IMG/VR virus record: IMGVR_UViG_2737471857_000022
DNA from: a virus
Taxonomy: Duplodnaviria > Heunggongvirae > Uroviricota > Caudoviricetes
Direction: 5' to 3' (one strand)
Length of the DNA stretch: 36,183 nt
The translations under genes and the position numbers were made by a program. The stretch's first letter is position 1; each line of letters starts with the position of its first letter. Below, piece by piece: positions 1 to 7,841 of this stretch. The notes beneath the pieces were generated by a model. The model was not told the DNA's origin. It worked only from the letters and a program-made list of their open reading frames with translations, and did not search any database.

Positions 1-351
1 ATGCGAGGGACAGTCGAAATTATGCGTTATCCCGTCACTCTTACACCCGCGCCGGAAGGCGGTTATATGGTTTCTTTTGTGGATATCCCTGAAGCGTTGA
101 CGCAGGGCGAAACTGTCGCTGAAGCGATGGAAGCGGCAAAAGATGCTTTACTGACCGCATTTGATTTTTATTTTGAAGATAACGAGCTTATCCCTTTACC
201 TTCGCCATTAAATAGTCATGATCACTTTATTGAAGTGCCTTTGAGCGTCGCCTCTAAGGTATTGCTGTTAAATGCTTTTTTACAGTCAGAAATCACTCAG
301 CAAGAGTTAGCCAGGCGAATTGGCAAACCTAAATGTTGTAAACCCCAATAA
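1..351 (+). pseudogene. hicB: hicB-type antitoxin gene, 3'-truncated: HicB-like sequence for ~111 codons, then 5 foreign codons (CCKPQ) and stop
   Basis: ORF 1..351. Residues 8-111 (MRYPVTLTPAPEGGYMVSFVDIPEAL...ELARRIGKPK) match my recollection of enterobacterial HicB (N-terminal domain plus start of the C-terminal HTH). The frame diverges at nt 334 and stops at 349-351. Everything downstream is phage-like. Confidence 0.55.
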
Positions 352-372
352 CTAAAATTTTTGCAATAAAAA

Positions 373-395
373 AGCCCCATCACAAGGACAGGGCT
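373..395 (-). terminator. weak hairpin plus T-run downstream of the minus-strand ORF 415..720
   Basis: AGCCC/GGGCT stem (373-377 with 391-395); A-run 367-373 on + strand is a T-run on the minus strand. Confidence 0.3.
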
Positions 396-414
396 ATAGA
401 ATCAATCACTTACA

Positions 415-720
415 TCACTTAATATCTTTCATTTTACGGATACGCGCGCTTGCTTCCGGTAGTTCATCCAGTGTTACGTGATAAGCAAGCATACAGACAG
501 GAGTCGGATCGAATCCCTCATGAGTATTGATCAGATGGCTATTCCCGCCTTTAAATTCATCCTGTCCATCCCACATAGCGTACACGTCATCTTCTGCTAC
601 ATAGATAATCAATCCAATAGGGGAGTTAGTAAGCTGGAAGATGCAGCCAGTAGAATCAATACGATGTTCCCGAACGTCATCAACAGTTTCAAAGTCAATC
701 TTAATATCTTTAGTCTTCAT
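415..720 (-). CDS. hypothetical protein (101 aa), first gene inside the putative prophage left end
   Basis: Intact ORF; GAGGG Shine-Dalgarno about 6 nt upstream on the minus strand; no family recognised. Confidence 0.55.
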   Translation of the reverse strand: MKTKDIKIDFETVDDVREHRIDSTGCIFQLTNSPIGLIIYVAEDDVYAMWDGQDEFKGGNSHLINTHEGFDPTPVCMLAYHVTLDELPEASARIRKMKDIK

Positions 721-1017
721 GATTTGCCCTCGCGTGAAAATATTTTCGATTATTTATAAAAAAGACTTGACAAAATCAAAAGGTACTGTTCCACGGGTGA
801 AATAAAGGGAGTTTTCGGCACCCCGGTTTTTGATGTGCGTGTGAGATTTCAAAACAGGTGCAGTGCAGCCCACCAGCGCGGTCGCTACGCGACTATTAAC
901 ACCAGCCAATCCCTTTCCATGCCTCGATCTTTCCCTTCGTTATAAAGCGTTTTAGGCGCTCTCCTGAATGCGCAGATCAGATAAATAATTTTACGCAAAT
1001 TTAATGGAGGATAACCA

Positions 1018-1578
1018 ATGAAAGAAGAATTAACCCTTACAGAAATTTCCCGCTTATACGGCTATACAATTAACGCCGCTAAGAAATGGCAAGAACGAGG
1101 AATGCCATTTAACACCAATACACGACGCGTACCGCTCAAGGAAGGGACCGAATGGATAGCAAAAAATATCATCAGTCCACTCAGGGAAACTACTGTCAAA
1201 GAACAAATCGACGTAGAGAAGTTACGCCGCGAGAGAGCATTAGCGGACGCAGCCGAACGAGAGAACCAGGAAGCAATGAATCTCCTGATTCCCGTCGGGT
1301 ATGTGGAGCAGGAGCTAGCGGAATACTGCGGGAAAGTGAAGCAGACTATTTTGCAGATCGCCACAATCGACGCTTTAGAAATTCTCGAATCTGCCACTGA
1401 CCAGAAAACATTGAAGAATAAGCTAAGGGAGATCATCGAGCGTCGTTTAAATGAAGTAGGGGACTTGTTCGAAAATGCAGATTTGGGAGAAGACGAGGAA
1501 GAAGAATTACCATTAATGGATGAACCGGAAGAACAAGAACAAGAACCAGAAGAAGACGATGAATTTGATGTGTCTTAA
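1018..1578 (+). CDS. Nu1-family HTH DNA-binding protein with acidic C-terminal tail; possible small terminase subunit
   Basis: N-terminus LTLTEISRLYGYTINAAKKWQERGMPF plus EKLRRE resembles lambda Nu1 winged HTH (recalled). 186 aa against Nu1 181 aa. GGAGG SD at 1003-1007. Not adjacent to the large terminase gene, so the role is uncertain. Confidence 0.6.
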   Translation: MKEELTLTEISRLYGYTINAAKKWQERGMPFNTNTRRVPLKEGTEWIAKNIISPLRETTVKEQIDVEKLRRERALADAAERENQEAMNLLIPVGYVEQELAEYCGKVKQTILQIATIDALEILESATDQKTLKNKLREIIERRLNEVGDLFENADLGEDEEEELPLMDEPEEQEQEPEEDDEFDVS

Positions 1579-1625
1579 AACGCGTTATAAATAAATGTAT
1601 GAAAGATGTTGATGGTCAACGTCTA

Positions 1626-1655
1626 CGGGGGATGTTCTCCCCCGCTTAACTTTTA
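1626..1655 (+). terminator. hairpin GGGGGA-TGTTC-TCCCCC with weak T tract
   Basis: Inverted repeat at 1627-1643 directly after the stop of CDS 1018..1578. Confidence 0.35.
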
Positions 1656-1670
1656 AGAGGATATAAAACT

Positions 1671-1955
1671 ATGGCTACTTTTATTACCTATGCTGTCATC
1701 ATTACTATTCTGGCAGTTATTTCTGCTTATAAACTCGGAACCGAAAATAGAGAACGTGCTGAATTATTCTTAGGTGCGTTTGTTGCATTTTCTAGTCTCG
1801 CGTTAATTGTCGAAGGAATTTCTTATATTGTTGGCCTAGTTAGTATGACACTTTTTAACTTCCATCCGGCTATTTCTATGCATCTACTGCTTACTGTATG
1901 CTGGGTATATTGCTTAATCGAATTTTTAACGTTTGTTTTCAAACAGACTAAATAA
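1671..1955 (+). CDS. small integral membrane protein (94 aa, about 3 hydrophobic helices)
   Basis: ORF with AAGAGG SD; strongly hydrophobic segments (ITYAVIITILAVISAY, FLGAFVAFSSLALIV, LLLTVCWVYCLIEFLTFVF). Confidence 0.55.
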   Translation: MATFITYAVIITILAVISAYKLGTENRERAELFLGAFVAFSSLALIVEGISYIVGLVSMTLFNFHPAISMHLLLTVCWVYCLIEFLTFVFKQTK

Positions 1956-2112
1956 TATTGTAATCTGCCATTTCTCCTTATGTGGTTTTAACAGGGGGCT
2001 TTCGAAAGAGAGTTCCCGGTTAAAAGCCATAAAACACATTCAGTACAGTGTTTTTCATAGTCAGTGACTATACAACATAAAAACATAACAAGTATAGATT
2101 GAGTATTAATCC

Positions 2113-2138
2113 TCCCGCCCTTCGGGGCGGTTATTTTT
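2113..2138 (+). terminator. rho-independent terminator (CCGCCC-TTCG-GGGCGG plus TTATTTTT)
   Basis: Perfect GC stem with UUCG tetraloop followed by a T tract. Confidence 0.7.
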
Positions 2139-2217
2139 CTGGCTTTACTAGATAATGTAGCATTATGTTCATTATAAATCCTCATCTTTGTTGTGCAAAC
2201 CTAACCTAAACTTACTA

Positions 2218-2243
2218 GGGACTCTTCGGAGTCCCTTTTTTTA
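2218..2243 (+). terminator. rho-independent terminator (GGGACTC-TTCG-GAGTCCC plus TTTTTTT)
   Basis: Perfect 7-bp stem, UUCG loop, 8 T. Second terminator about 80 bp after the first. Confidence 0.75.
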
Positions 2244-3182
2244 TTGGCAGTAAGAAAAGTTAGTACCGTACATTTCATCATGAAGCATTGCAGCATTGCG
2301 TTTCTGTTCTTCTTCCTCATCTTCTACATCACTAGAAAAATGAGATTTGCCCTTAAAAGAACGAAGTAATTGCAGTGCAGCCATCGGATCACGCATCACA
2401 TCGATTTTCACTTCTACTTCATCATTTGCGGCCTCATCAGCCGCGTTTTCAACTACTGCTACCGGAGCAACTTCTTTAGCTTTCAGTTCTTCAATCTCAG
2501 CTTTCTGTGCTTCGATAATCTGGTCTTTTTCTTCCAGTGCAGCTTTCAGTTCTGCGATCTGTGCTTCCAGTGCAGCAAAGCGATCTTCAACAACCGGAGA
2601 AACAGCATTCACCTGTGCTTCCAGTTCCAGAAATGCTTCGCAAGATTCAATACGTTCTTTCTCTTCACCTTCATAAGCAACCAGTTCTACAACTTCTTTT
2701 TCGGTAGCGTGGCTGTTAAAGAAAACAGCAAAGTAAGGATTGCCGGATTTAGTGAAGTTCAGTTTAGCTTTTCCGGTAACTTCTTTACGACGACCGAAGG
2801 TGATCTGGCAATCAGCGGTATCCTGAAAATCCATGTTAGGAGCGGAAACGATAGCAGTATCACCAGCAATAACCAGGTGGAACAGTTCAGAAGAGTTCTT
2901 AACGGTAAAAGTAACGATGTGGTCTACTGCAACGTCTTTAGCAGGTTTAACGCGGTCGATTGCTTTACGAATGCCGTTAGGCAGTTTACCGTCAACACCA
3001 AAGCCAGCCGCGATCAGTGCTTCACGATGTGCTTTAAAGCCAGCGAAGGCGGATTTCTGCTGCGCAAAGGAAACATGAGCAACAACTTTCGGCTGAATCT
3101 TCTTGTTTGCTTCGGTGCCAAATTTGATAACTGCTTTAGCGTTGGTTACTTCGTTAGTGAAAAAGTTAGCGGAAAATAACAT
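2241..3182 (-). CDS. hypothetical protein (313 aa) with central coiled coil and acidic C-terminus
   Basis: ORF with AGGAG SD 8 nt upstream; heptad-like EAQIAELKAALEEKDQIIEAQKAEIEELKAKE; no family recognised. Confidence 0.6.
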   Translation of the reverse strand: MLFSANFFTNEVTNAKAVIKFGTEANKKIQPKVVAHVSFAQQKSAFAGFKAHREALIAAGFGVDGKLPNGIRKAIDRVKPAKDVAVDHIVTFTVKNSSELFHLVIAGDTAIVSAPNMDFQDTADCQITFGRRKEVTGKAKLNFTKSGNPYFAVFFNSHATEKEVVELVAYEGEEKERIESCEAFLELEAQVNAVSPVVEDRFAALEAQIAELKAALEEKDQIIEAQKAEIEELKAKEVAPVAVVENAADEAANDEVEVKIDVMRDPMAALQLLRSFKGKSHFSSDVEDEEEEQKRNAAMLHDEMYGTNFSYCQ

Positions 3183-3295
3183 TATAAATACTCCTGTGGA
3201 AAGTTAGTTTTAATTGTTCATTTCAAGCCTCCTTTGCTGCAACAAGGGAGGCTTTTTCTTTTTTTAAAGCCATCATATAATTCTCAGTCAAAGTA

Positions 3296-3478
3296 TCAGT
3301 AAACCTCTGCGGTTATCTTTACTTTAATGTCATACTTCTTTAAGAGTTTATGAAAGGTTGATTTATCGATACCCTCATTTTTAAACCACTCTTCAATTCT
3401 CACACCCGGCGTTAACTCAAAGTAGCGTTTAGCCATTTCTAAGATGATTTCGCGAGTGAACTTAACAGGTCGTGCCAT
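3296..3478 (-). CDS. small HTH DNA-binding protein (60 aa), Hin/resolvase-type HTH-like
   Basis: AGGAGG SD 5 nt upstream; ARPVKFT...GIDKSTFHKLLKKYDIK resembles a GRPxK-type HTH; paralogous to CDS 6886..7113. Confidence 0.55.
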   Translation of the reverse strand: MARPVKFTREIILEMAKRYFELTPGVRIEEWFKNEGIDKSTFHKLLKKYDIKVKITAEVY

Positions 3479-3994
3479 CTCGAATCCTCCTACAATGTGG
3501 ATTAATGATTTCTTAAAAAAGAGCGTTAACCGCTCACTATTATTTATATGGGGATTGTATTTTATTTTTCAACCCCTCACATTTATCTCTTATATATGTA
3601 TTTACAACAGAGATATGTTAAAATGTTATTCAGATGTTATCAGGCGTGTTAAATGTGTTAAACCACAGCACGAATTGCTAAAGCGAAGAACACGATTTAA
3701 CCAAATTGATGTATATTCAATCAATTTAGAAAAAGGCATAGCACTTTTTGCTAAAGCGGTGAGCATTAATTGAGCTATGAATTGTAAAGATTTGTTACAA
3801 GATTTTCTCTCAGATCCAAATCTTCACAGACATATAACAATTTAACAGAAGGATAACAATAGGAAGGAAAATCGGTAAATTTTCACTTTCAATACAAATA
3901 TTATGACATATTTATCTCTAATTTTCAAGTATACCACTGTTCCTGCACAGTGTCAACAAAGGACTTTCAAACCTACACTAGCCCTACACTATGA

Positions 3995-4237
3995 AAATTG
4001 CCCCCGAATTTTTGCCCCTGAACCAAAATCCCCTAGATTTCACATCCCATTTTTGCCCCTGAAACCCACTATTTTTGCCCCTGAAATTCTGGGAAACAGT
4101 GATTTTGCCCCTTATTTTTGCCCCTGAAATGCCAATAATTGCCCCTGAAAATCTAATTTTTGCCCCTGAATTTTGCCCCTGAAAAGGATTTGTGAGAAAA
4201 ACTCTTTATAAAACATTAACTTAGTGAGGGGCAAAAC
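3995..4237. repeat. iteron array: at least 6 perfect and 3 degenerate direct copies of TTTTGCCCCTGAA plus one inverted copy
   Basis: Perfect copies start at 4010, 4051, 4073, 4116, 4158 and 4171. Degenerate copies near 3997, 4103 and 4139. Inverted copy GAGGGGCAAAA at 4225-4235. Confidence 0.85.
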
Positions 4238-4239
4238 AG

Positions 4240-4860
4240 GGAATCGGGCGTGCATAGATATTATATAACACATTCGCTACGCTCATGTGTAAAACCAAAA
4301 ACAACAAATAACCAAAAAGATATTAGGAGGGCGTAGCCCGACTGCGCGAAGCGCTAACCAATTACTTCTAGTAACACTAATTTAAACTAGATGATACTAG
4401 ATGGTCTTAGAAGGAATTAACTAGTTTGCTCGCTCGCTTCGCTCACTCTCAAACGTCTGCGACGCCACTGCGTGGCATCGAGAATCACTTCTGAAAGGAT
4501 TTTCTTGAAAGGGATTTTAAACTAGTTACTAACTGATTCTAGAAAGATAGTAATAATCACTTTGAAGATAATAGTAGTTAACTGGTTACTAGATGATTCT
4601 AGATCACTTTAATGATCATGAAAGGTATTGGTTATCCCTTCGGGATTGCAACCTTCGGTTGCTAAATTGCTTCCGGATTATTATTTCTCCAAAAGAAAGA
4701 TTCTTATATTCTAAAGATACTTCTTCGTTTTGATGATGATTTAATCAAAATCTATGAAGGAGGCGAAGCCGACTGAATACCAATTCCTTTCAAATTAGAC
4801 AAAAATTTCTCGTTATAAATAATAGTGTACTTTGTTTGATTCACTTTCTTTTAGAGGATT
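4240..4860. other. about 600 bp non-coding region with clustered ACTAG(A/T)T motifs and tandem UUCG-loop hairpins
   Basis: No ORF of 60 aa or more with an RBS. CTAG-containing motifs at 4366, 4387, 4396, 4420, 4521, 4537, 4588 and 4597. Hairpins at about 4458-4480, 4633-4645 and 4648-4663. Confidence 0.4.
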
Positions 4861-4866
4861 TCCACT

Positions 4867-5319
4867 ATGATCAATACTAAAACTCCTTTCATTCTTCTGG
4901 GTCTGAACCATGATGATAATCTGGCTATGATGCATGTTTTCGCTAATCGTGGTTATAACATCATTCGTCATTCCGAAGACTCCAATTTCTCAACTGCTTT
5001 CTATGCTCTTAAACGTAATGGTCGCCCTACGGTGATCGTAGACTGCTTTACTGATGAAGGTCGTGAACAATACAACAACATTCCGGCAATTATTGTTCGT
5101 GATGACCTGCCGTTTGATGTTCGTGAATATGACGTTGATTTAGGCTCTTACTATGGGATCGCCGATCTTGACCAGATTATGGCTGATTATGGTAAACAAC
5201 CCGCTCAGGAAGCCCCAGAACACGATGAACAAGACGAAGATGACGACGACTACGCACCAATCTGCTTCTCTTCTCAGAATGGCTTCTACGGTTACGATGA
5301 AGGCTTAGATATGCTGTAA
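4867..5319 (+). CDS. hypothetical protein (150 aa) with acidic C-terminal tail
   Basis: ORF with GAGGA SD; codon usage consistent with neighbours; no family recognised. Confidence 0.6.
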   Translation: MINTKTPFILLGLNHDDNLAMMHVFANRGYNIIRHSEDSNFSTAFYALKRNGRPTVIVDCFTDEGREQYNNIPAIIVRDDLPFDVREYDVDLGSYYGIADLDQIMADYGKQPAQEAPEHDEQDEDDDDYAPICFSSQNGFYGYDEGLDML

Positions 5320-5341
5320 GTTAGGTCAACCCTTTGGCGTC

Positions 5342-5383
5342 TTGTCAAGGGGTATTGACAAAATTTTCTGACTTTTTTATGAT
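5342..5383 (+). promoter_or_regulatory. sigma70-like promoter (TTGACA-17 nt-TATGAT) overlapped by palindrome TTGTCAA-N6-TTGACAA
   Basis: -35 at 5355-5360, -10 at 5378-5383, inverted repeat at 5342-5361; a further TTGACAA at 5392-5398. Confidence 0.45.
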
Positions 5384-5439
5384 TATCGCACTTGACAATT
5401 TTGAACCTATTTGACCTAGATTTGTAAAGAGGATGTAAC

Positions 5440-5772
5440 ATGAAAGAATTTACCATCACTAAATCCCTGTATGACTGGACTGTTAAAATCTCCGGCAAAA
5501 CCGTTTCTGTAAGCCCTAGCCATGTAGAAAATGATTGGGGCGTATCCCGTGAAACTATCTCCCGTAGTATGCATGTTCCGTTTGATCTGATGTCCTTAAC
5601 TGGTATTCATGCAATGCTGGAAGTTCGCGAACAATTCGAAGCTGGTAATCACAATGCGACTCCAGTTAGCAATCACCTTCTTACTAATGAAGAACGTGAA
5701 ATCATCGAAAACTGGCGTTATGAATATGCGATTCCTTATTATGAAGAAGATCAGGTAGAAATCGATTGGTAA
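5440..5772 (+). CDS. hypothetical protein (110 aa)
   Basis: ORF with AGAGGA SD; no family recognised. Confidence 0.6.
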   Translation: MKEFTITKSLYDWTVKISGKTVSVSPSHVENDWGVSRETISRSMHVPFDLMSLTGIHAMLEVREQFEAGNHNATPVSNHLLTNEEREIIENWRYEYAIPYYEEDQVEIDW

Positions 5773-5861
5773 TAAATTTCTATTATAAATAAAATTGTTC
5801 CGGTGGTGATGCCGGAACTAGGAGGACCAAATCATTAAACCGTTTAAGGGGAATTAATACT

Positions 5862-6737
5862 ATGAATACTGTTACTACTATGAATACTGCTAACGTTTCT
5901 TTTGATGCTTCTCTGACTGCCACAAAGAAAGAATGGCAAATCGATAAAACCGCTTCAATGTCTCTGGTTGTTGATAACACCAAACCGCTGACCATGTCTA
6001 CTTTGCAGATCGCGCAAATGATGGATCGCGTAGACCGCCACCGTGATATTAAGCGAACTGTTGACCGTCTCGTTTCTTCCGGTGTAATTGTCCACACGCC
6101 AACGGCGCGCGAACAACTGGAAGATAAATTTGGTCGTTCTCGTGAAATTGAAGTTTATCTTCTTGATGAACGTTCGTCATATATTGTTGTTGCTCAAATT
6201 TCGCCAGAATTTACCGCTTTTATCGTTGATGAATGGAAGCGACTGAAAGAAGAAAATGAAAAACTTCGCTCTACTCCTGTTAACCCGTATGCAGACTTTG
6301 AAGAAACAGACTGGATCGAACTGGCATTAGATGAAAAACGCAAAAATAAAAAACTGATTGAGCTACACATTCGCAAATCCGTAGATAGCCATTCTATGAC
6401 ACGTCTGTTAGGCGCTAAAAAGGGCGCTACGAAGGTTAAAGAAGCACTAACGGCCTTGCGTACTGCTGGCTACATTGAGCGCGTCTACGATGAAAATAAC
6501 AAGCCGTGTGGGTATGTTGCTAATGACTCTTCTCTGTCTTTCTGCCGCATGAATGCTCACTACCAACTTGAGTTTACTGTTGATGTTCTTCCGGTGCTGG
6601 TTGAATTGGGCGTTTTGGAAGAAGAACAGAAAGCAACTCTTAAACTACCGCAGCCAAATAACACTATTCTGATTCAAAATAAAGCGGCTGAACGTCTCCG
6701 CCAGAATGTTGGATCACTGGAAGTCTTCGGACTGTAA
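5862..6737 (+). CDS. Rha-like phage regulatory protein / antirepressor-type protein (291 aa)
   Basis: Segment LTMSTLQIAQMMDRVDRHRDIKRTVDRL resembles the Rha-family N-terminal motif (recalled); AAGGGG SD. Confidence 0.5.
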   Translation: MNTVTTMNTANVSFDASLTATKKEWQIDKTASMSLVVDNTKPLTMSTLQIAQMMDRVDRHRDIKRTVDRLVSSGVIVHTPTAREQLEDKFGRSREIEVYLLDERSSYIVVAQISPEFTAFIVDEWKRLKEENEKLRSTPVNPYADFEETDWIELALDEKRKNKKLIELHIRKSVDSHSMTRLLGAKKGATKVKEALTALRTAGYIERVYDENNKPCGYVANDSSLSFCRMNAHYQLEFTVDVLPVLVELGVLEEEQKATLKLPQPNNTILIQNKAAERLRQNVGSLEVFGL

Positions 6738-6844
6738 TTAATTTTTAGCCTCGCCTCGTGCGGGGCTTTTTCATACCTACATCACGCGACTTTTCGCGCC
6801 ATCTTCCACCAACCCGCCGATGGCGTTTTGGACACCCTACAGAT

Positions 6845-6870
6845 ACAAAAAAGCCACTCCGAAGAGTGGC
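6845..6870 (-). terminator. rho-independent terminator for the minus-strand operon 7754 to 6886
   Basis: GCCACTC-TTCG-GAGTGGC hairpin; A6 on + strand is T6 downstream on the minus strand. Confidence 0.65.
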
Positions 6871-6885
6871 AAAGAGAATCAAAAC

Positions 6886-7113
6886 TCAAAAACCTGTTGC
6901 TTCTACGATCTGACCATCACCGATCTGAACATAGAATTTAATGTCTAACTTCTTCATATTCTTATAGAATTGGGCGATTGAGATCCCATGTTCACTAAGA
7001 ATCTGTTCTTTCGCTTCCTTACCACGATCCGCTGTATAATAAGCGTAGGCAATATCAGCCATCTGTTCAGCGTTAAAACGGGCAGGGCGACCGCGAGTAG
7101 CTTTAGTAGTCAT
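6886..7113 (-). CDS. small HTH DNA-binding protein (about 75 aa from the second ATG; ORF opens with GTG at 7146)
   Basis: RGRPARF...GISIAQFYKNMKKLDIK HTH, paralogous to CDS 3296..3478; GGAG SD suits the ATG at 7113. Confidence 0.5.
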   Translation of the reverse strand: MTTKATRGRPARFNAEQMADIAYAYYTADRGKEAKEQILSEHGISIAQFYKNMKKLDIKFYVQIGDGQIVEATGF

Positions 7114-7148
7114 AGTCATTTTCTCCAAATTAAAGTGAATGTTCACCT

Positions 7149-7754
7149 TTATTTAGAGGACTTACATTTTATCGGAAAAAGTTCTTCATCGTCAATACTC
7201 ATAAAGAACTCTGCCTTAATCCCGTACTTCTTCAACCGTGAATAGTATGTACCCCGACTTATATCAACCTTGCGAAGCACTTCAAAGAACCCTTTAGGAT
7301 CGTTGTAATAGTGGCTATAACGCACGTTAGCGAGTTCAACGAATAGTTCCCTTGTATCACCATAGCCTTTCTTGAAAGCCTCGTTACGATAGCGTGTAAT
7401 TGCGTGATTCAATCTCTTCTGTTTCAACACTTCCCTGATCGGTGTCCACTGCAACCGATAGATAGGACCGTCATCAATGCGATAATAACGCTTGATATCA
7501 AAATCAAACCAATCTCGGACTCTCCGAAACTCTGTATGTGATGTTCTATGCTTCTTAAAGAAGTTGTGAACGTCTGTATAACCATTATCGCGGTAAAACT
7601 CTATTAAAATCTCTTTCGCTTCCTCACGACTAAAGCCAGATGTTGTGTAGTCGGTTTTTAAATGCTTATGCTTAACTGGCAAACGATATTCATGATCGGT
7701 ACAACAAGACAAGGCTAATTCTACTTCATCTCTTTGTTGCTGATTAATTAGCAT
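7149..7754 (-). CDS. hypothetical protein (201 aa) with C-terminal HTH related to the two small HTH proteins
   Basis: AAGGGGG SD 5 nt upstream; C-terminal [16 protein letters not shown] matches the HTH motif of 3296..3478 and 6886..7113. Confidence 0.6.
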   Translation of the reverse strand: MLINQQQRDEVELALSCCTDHEYRLPVKHKHLKTDYTTSGFSREEAKEILIEFYRDNGYTDVHNFFKKHRTSHTEFRRVRDWFDFDIKRYYRIDDGPIYRLQWTPIREVLKQKRLNHAITRYRNEAFKKGYGDTRELFVELANVRYSHYYNDPKGFFEVLRKVDISRGTYYSRLKKYGIKAEFFMSIDDEELFPIKCKSSK

Positions 7755-7841
7755 ACAACCCCCTTAAATCTTAATACCCGTATTTATCAAAATATCAACA
7801 ATTTAATAAATACCTTCATATTTCGTAATGAGGGTAATTAC

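Noticed and set aside
2347-3179. Plus-strand ORFs (109 and 269 aa) overlapping the 313-aa minus-strand gene
   Set aside because: Low-complexity Ser/Phe-rich translations, no SD, entirely antisense to a better-supported gene with a good RBS.
3903-4127. 74-aa ORF across the iteron array
   Set aside because: Its repetitive peptide (FAPEPKSP, FAPEILG, FAPYFCP) is just the translated DNA repeats; no SD.
4366-4602. TACTAGATG / TCTAGA / ACTAGT motifs resembling cloning scars, suggesting an engineered insert
   Set aside because: The surrounding context is continuous natural phage sequence with no vector backbone, so I read the motifs as a natural repeated recognition element. Not excluded, only unsupported.
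1960-4860. tRNA genes in the larger non-coding stretches
   Set aside because: No cloverleaf-compatible sequence or T-arm GTTCGAATCC-like motif found by eye; a tRNA scan would be needed to exclude one.
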